Source: Macrostomum hystrix
Lineage: Eukaryota > Animalia > Platyhelminthes
DNA length: 64,000 bases
Assembly: GCA_950097015.1 (NCBI GenBank)
Contig: CATNEN010000029.1
Coordinates: 7,130,001 to 7,194,000 of the forward strand
Reading direction: 5' to 3'
Below, piece after piece: positions 59,493-64,000 of the stretch. The notes under the pieces were generated by a model, which searched no databases, was not told where the DNA came from, and saw nothing but the letters and a program-made list of their open reading frames with translations. The position numbers and the translations under genes are program-made. Within the stretch, counting starts at the first letter, position 1. Every line of letters begins with the position of its first letter.

Positions 59493-60597
59493 CTAAACCC
59501 ATCATATTCGCCAGATTTGGCACAGCCTGCGCTTCAAAGCTTCCCTGTCTGCTTAAACCAAAAGCTGAGGTTGTAGTCATAGCAACCTGCCATCATTAGC
59601 GATGGATAGGCCTAGTGACTGGGAAGAACTTGAGGCTACTGTGAGCATGAGTAATACAAAGACAGACACGGCAGACACAGGCCCTAAAAGGGAGCCTCTC
59701 CTATTTCTTGCATCCCTAAATCCGGCTGCTTCAATCCTCACGCGGGGAGTTGGGCAAGGTGAAGCACGGCAGAAAGGGGAAAAAGCGAGCCTAACCCATC
59801 CCTCGGGGGAGGAGGTGAGGGGGTGGGGGATGAGAGACAAGGCGACGGGACGCAGAGGAGATTTTGTGGCAGATGGAACGGCGGCAAAGAAAGAGGATAT
59901 AGGAGAGAGATGCAGACATGGGGAGTTTGTTCCCAACAAAGGCTTATTGCTAAAGAGCCACGCCTATCTCTGGGTCCTCAGCAAGAAAATAATTTTGCAT
60001 GCGCGGCCGCCGCCGACATTTGAGAGTGAGCTTCGGCCGCCAGCGGCGCTTGTGAGGCTTGGTTTGAAGATGATGGGCAGTACACAGGAGCGCTTGCTGC
60101 TTTTGGGCAGGTAGAAAAAAACAATCCCTCGGTCTCTTTGTTAGGCTTGGGAATCTGATACCCAAGGGGATCGAATGATCATTAGACTCGGATCGAAGGA
60201 TCATTAGCAGCTTTATTGTTAAGCCATCTCGCTGGCTGAGGACGAGATGGGATGGGCGGTGGGAAGCGGGTGGGAGTTTTCTCGGCATTTTTCTCGGCCG
60301 CCGGGTTGTTGGTGGATGGAAATCGATGGCCATTTTTTCGCCTATTGATCCGCCGCGCCTCATTAACTCAGGTGAGTGAGCGGGGAACGGGCGCTGGGCA
60401 GGGTTCGGAGAACAGGAATGCAGGTGGAGACGTAGGTGAGATAGAAAGGCTTTTGGTAAGAAAAGTAGCAAAACTATATAGGCAAGCTTTGTAAGGGCAG
60501 CGACTATATAGCGATTCTTTCCATCAGACATTTGACGACTTTTGCTACGCTTTGCTACTTTGATTTGCGACACTGCGCTATTGGGTGGTTGGGCCCA

Positions 60598-60630
<33 letters not shown>

Positions 60631-62506
60631 TGGAAACAGCGGCTCAAGCGCACGAAAAAATGATACCTTCTGTTTGCTTTGCACTACCTGACAAAGGCAA
60701 ATAAAGCTGAAGAGCGATACAGTAGAGAGAAGACACGGCGTGCTCAGGGTTTTACGCAGTTGGTTGGGTTGCAACAGGCCAGCCGCTCCCAACAACGCTT
60801 AAGTGGCAATGCAAGCACACAGGGTCCGGCTGGGAAAAAATTCCCCACTTTCTTCCAGGGAGACTCGGGAGGGTGGGGGGGAGTTGGGAAGCAGGGACAA
60901 AAATCTGAGTCGGCATGCGAGCTGCTGAGCAGATGCGTATAGCGTGGGCATTGCGGAGGGAGGCCGTGCTAAAGCAGAATTCCTTCGTTCGCCGCTGAGC
61001 AGGAAGCGACGAGTGAAAGGAAGACAGCGGCCTGTCCGATTCGCTTCCGGAGATTTTCCCGCGGAATGGGGGCGAAGGGAGTTGGCTGCTATGGTGGAGG
61101 GGGAAGCCGCCGTTTCAGACGACAATCTGTTTGGGCAACTGCCGCGGAGCCATCTCGGCTTGGCGACGGCAAACTGTTGAAAATGCGATCGACCTGTCCA
61201 GTGCGATTCCGGCGAAAGCTTCCCCAACTACCGTTTAGGTTCCTGGCACTTGCGACGGAGATAAATTTTAATTAATAGAGACAGAGAGACTTGTGAGAAT
61301 GGGAGTGAGAATGGTGAGAATGATGAGAATGGGAGTGAGGACGGTGAGAATGGGGGTGGGTGAAAATGATGAGATATTGATTGAATACTCGCAATAAATC
61401 ATAGCATAATTACTCGTACATTATAAAACAGTACCAGAAACTGCGCTATCAGCCTAGTTGTACGTGAATCCAGATTTAGCTAATGCAATCCGTTCGGGCA
61501 CCAATCGCCCACTGGCCCTTGTGGATGCATCCAGATTCATCTCACTTCAAATGTTCGATGTTTGACTTACGCGCGCTCGGGGGCGCGGGGCCCGCAGAGA
61601 AATGGAGGCTCATTGGAGAAGAAAAAGCAGAAGACTTTCCCAGCTCACTTCGCTTCGTTTCGAGCTCACGAATGAGGCGGGTGGCTACGGGACAGGGAAC
61701 TGGCGACAGGACCTGATGGGGGATGGGAATACCATTGAAAGGAGAGGAATGGGATGTGGCTGAAGAGCTTTTGGGAGGCTTGTGAGGAGGGGAGAGAGAG
61801 ACAGGGGGCGAGCATAGAGCCTGTATGAGGTGGGCAGTGTAGAAGAAGGATCAGATTCGAATGGAGATGGGGACAGCTAGCCCGCAGCTGTTCCGACACG
61901 GTGACTGAGACTGCTGTGTGTGTGTGCGCGCGTGTGTGTGTGTACATGCACACAACTGGAGTGGGAGCCGTCGACACGGCGGTGGCGTTGGCGGTGGCAA
62001 TGGCGTCGGTGTGTGGGCTGGGAGCTGGACGGAGATCGCATGCGGTGGGAGGTGACACGCTGGGGAACAACTCTCGGACTGCTGTTCAATTATGCATCCA
62101 GCCACCCCCCAGGGCTACCCCCCTGTCTACAACCCCCTTGGATGCGAGGCGAGAGCTTTAGTAAGGCCGAAGACAAGGCGAGACAAGGAGGCGGGGACGG
62201 CGCATCTTCGCCGGCTCCCCTTCCTCCTTACCGCCACCCCGGGTTTGGCTCGTGTCTTCTGCTCTCATCCCCTCCGTGCTCTCAAGCTGGTGTGGGAATT
62301 AGTTTCTTTAATCCCATATTGAGGCTAAAGGAAAAGTTATGACGGCATCGAGGGTGGGCGATCCCGGCTTGCTTAATTTCAAAAATATTTCACATATGAG
62401 CTGCTCGTATTGATTGAGGCAACAGGTGCTAGAGAGACGATGCGTGGAGGCAATGCCCCACTTCTTTCATTAAAATATTTTTTCAAATATAAAAGAAATC
62501 TAGCCT

Positions 62507-63924
62507 TTCATAGCTAGATTTTGAACTGGAAGGCTAGATTTTAGAATTCGCCCAGCGGTTAACACCAGGGTCTCGTTCATCACCGACTGGAGTATAGGCG
62601 GCGACTGTCGGGACCTTCAACAAAAGCAGCCGTCTTTGAGATGCCGACTGGGATGCTGAGAACAAAGGTGTAGACGGACACAAATTTTTTGACCAATATG
62701 GATTCGCCCCAGTGGTTTATACAGAGCAAAGATAGGTGTCCCTTATCACCAGGGTCTTCGACAAGAACCGCTGAATTACTCGACGATGCTGACGTCGGAC
62801 GGCTTTGAAAGTTCATCGTAAAAAGCGAAACATTTTCATCCTGCTTTATGGAATTTCACGAAAATCAGTAATTCGGGAGCTATCGTGGTTTTGAAATATC
62901 CCGTTGTATTTCCCCCTGGGGGATAGCGTTGTCTTTATACTGTTAATAAAGCTGTGGGATTGCAGACAATTCGTTGTTTCAAGCACTCTCGTGCCTGATC
63001 GCCACTGATTTAGCGGTCTTGGTCTATTGCGATTAAGGTTTGCAGCTATACTTGGTTGCCGGTGAGTGAGGGGGGCCGCCACACGCGATTGCCTAGCAGT
63101 CCCGGGGCGCCATAGTGCCGACTGACTGGCTGGCTGAATGTGTGACAGAGGCGGGACCGCAGGCGGAAGTGGGCGGACTGTTGAGGTGAAGAGCCACGAC
63201 TGCCTTGGGGTGGAGGGAGTGATTTTTGAGGCCGAGGCTGGAGAAGCCCTCATTTAGAAGAATGAGATTGTGAAGGTAACGGCAAAGCACATTGGGTACA
63301 TTGGCACATGTGTTACTCTATTGGAATTTCTATGCATATGAATGAATATGCTACACTGCTGGACTAATGCTAGTCGCTTGGGGAGTTCATAGCTAGATTT
63401 TTAACTGGAAGGCTAGATTTTAGAATTCGCCCAGCGGTTAACACCAGGGTCTCGTTCATCACCGACTGGAGTATAGGCGGCGACTGTCGGGACCTTCAAC
63501 AAAAGCAGCCGTCTTTGAGATGCCGACTGGGATGCTGAGAACAAAGGTGTAGACGGACACAAATTTTTTGACCAATATGGATTCGCCCCAGTGGTTTATA
63601 CAGAGCAAAGATAGGTGTCCCTTATCACCAGGGTCTTCGACAAGAACCGCTGAATTACTCGACGATGCTGACGTCGGACGGCTTTGAAAGTTCATCGTAA
63701 AAAGCGAAACATTTTCATCCTGCTTTATGGAATTTCACGCCTTGGGGTGGAGGGAGTGATTTTTGAGGCCGAGGCTGGAGAAGCCCTCATTTAGAAGAAT
63801 GAGATTGTGAAGGTAACGGCAAAGCACATTGGGTACATTGGCACATGTGTTACTCTATTGGAATTTCTATGCATATGAATGAATATGCTACACTGCTGGA
63901 CTAATGCTAGTCGCTTGGGGAGTT
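62507..63924. repeat. Local segmental duplication A-B-C-A-C
   Basis: A=62507-62860 and A2=63386-63739 (354 bp, nearly identical). C=63203-63387 and C2=63740-63924 (185 bp). Confidence 0.95.
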
Positions 63925-64000
63925 AAGTGAATTTTTTCTGAGTAGGGGAAGGGGAGAGTCGTTAACCCCCCTTGCATGCCTGCAATCCTACTCAATGCTC

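Noticed and set aside
59577-63290. Overlapping 60-280 aa ORFs in the GC-rich right end (for example 59602-60114, 59950-60795)
   Set aside because: They have no domain motifs, contain (CA)n-derived runs, and overlap on both strands. This is more consistent with GC-rich regulatory or UTR sequence.

Overview
This is eukaryotic (animal) genomic DNA with spliceosomal GT-AG introns, GC-rich exons, and introns and intergenic DNA packed with private minisatellite arrays (units mostly 14-41 bp). The architecture resembles the flatworm Macrostomum, which is an inference from style and was not verified. Reconstructed genes: synaptobrevin/VAMP (-, 4 exons, runs off the left edge), an orphan C-terminal RING exon (-), an intronless class A peptide-type GPCR (+), UBE2L3 (+, 3 exons, complete), a DUF4806/BEN-like ORF (-), a small two-TM orphan (-), a SUEL/Gal-lectin type I membrane protein (+, EVA-1-like) and a couch potato/RBPMS/MEC-8 RRM gene (-, 7 exons found, first coding exon not found). 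Mobile DNA: two RTE-type LINE fragments (one young, with TSD), at least three tRNA-derived SINE families (including nested insertions), MITEs, CACTA-like termini and an unidentified dispersed repeat with a coding-like signature. Nearly all long ORFs in the supplied track that cross tandem arrays are artefacts. No CRISPR array, rRNA or complete tRNA gene was seen. Most notable: (1) private minisatellites sit close to splice sites in almost every intron; (2) three separate 1-bp frameshift candidates lie in otherwise intact genes; (3) one SINE family has a near-invariant structured 3-prime domain; (4) a DUF4806 ORF lies between CACTA-like ends; (5) arrays inside or upstream of the RRM gene read as RNA-binding-protein motif arrays.
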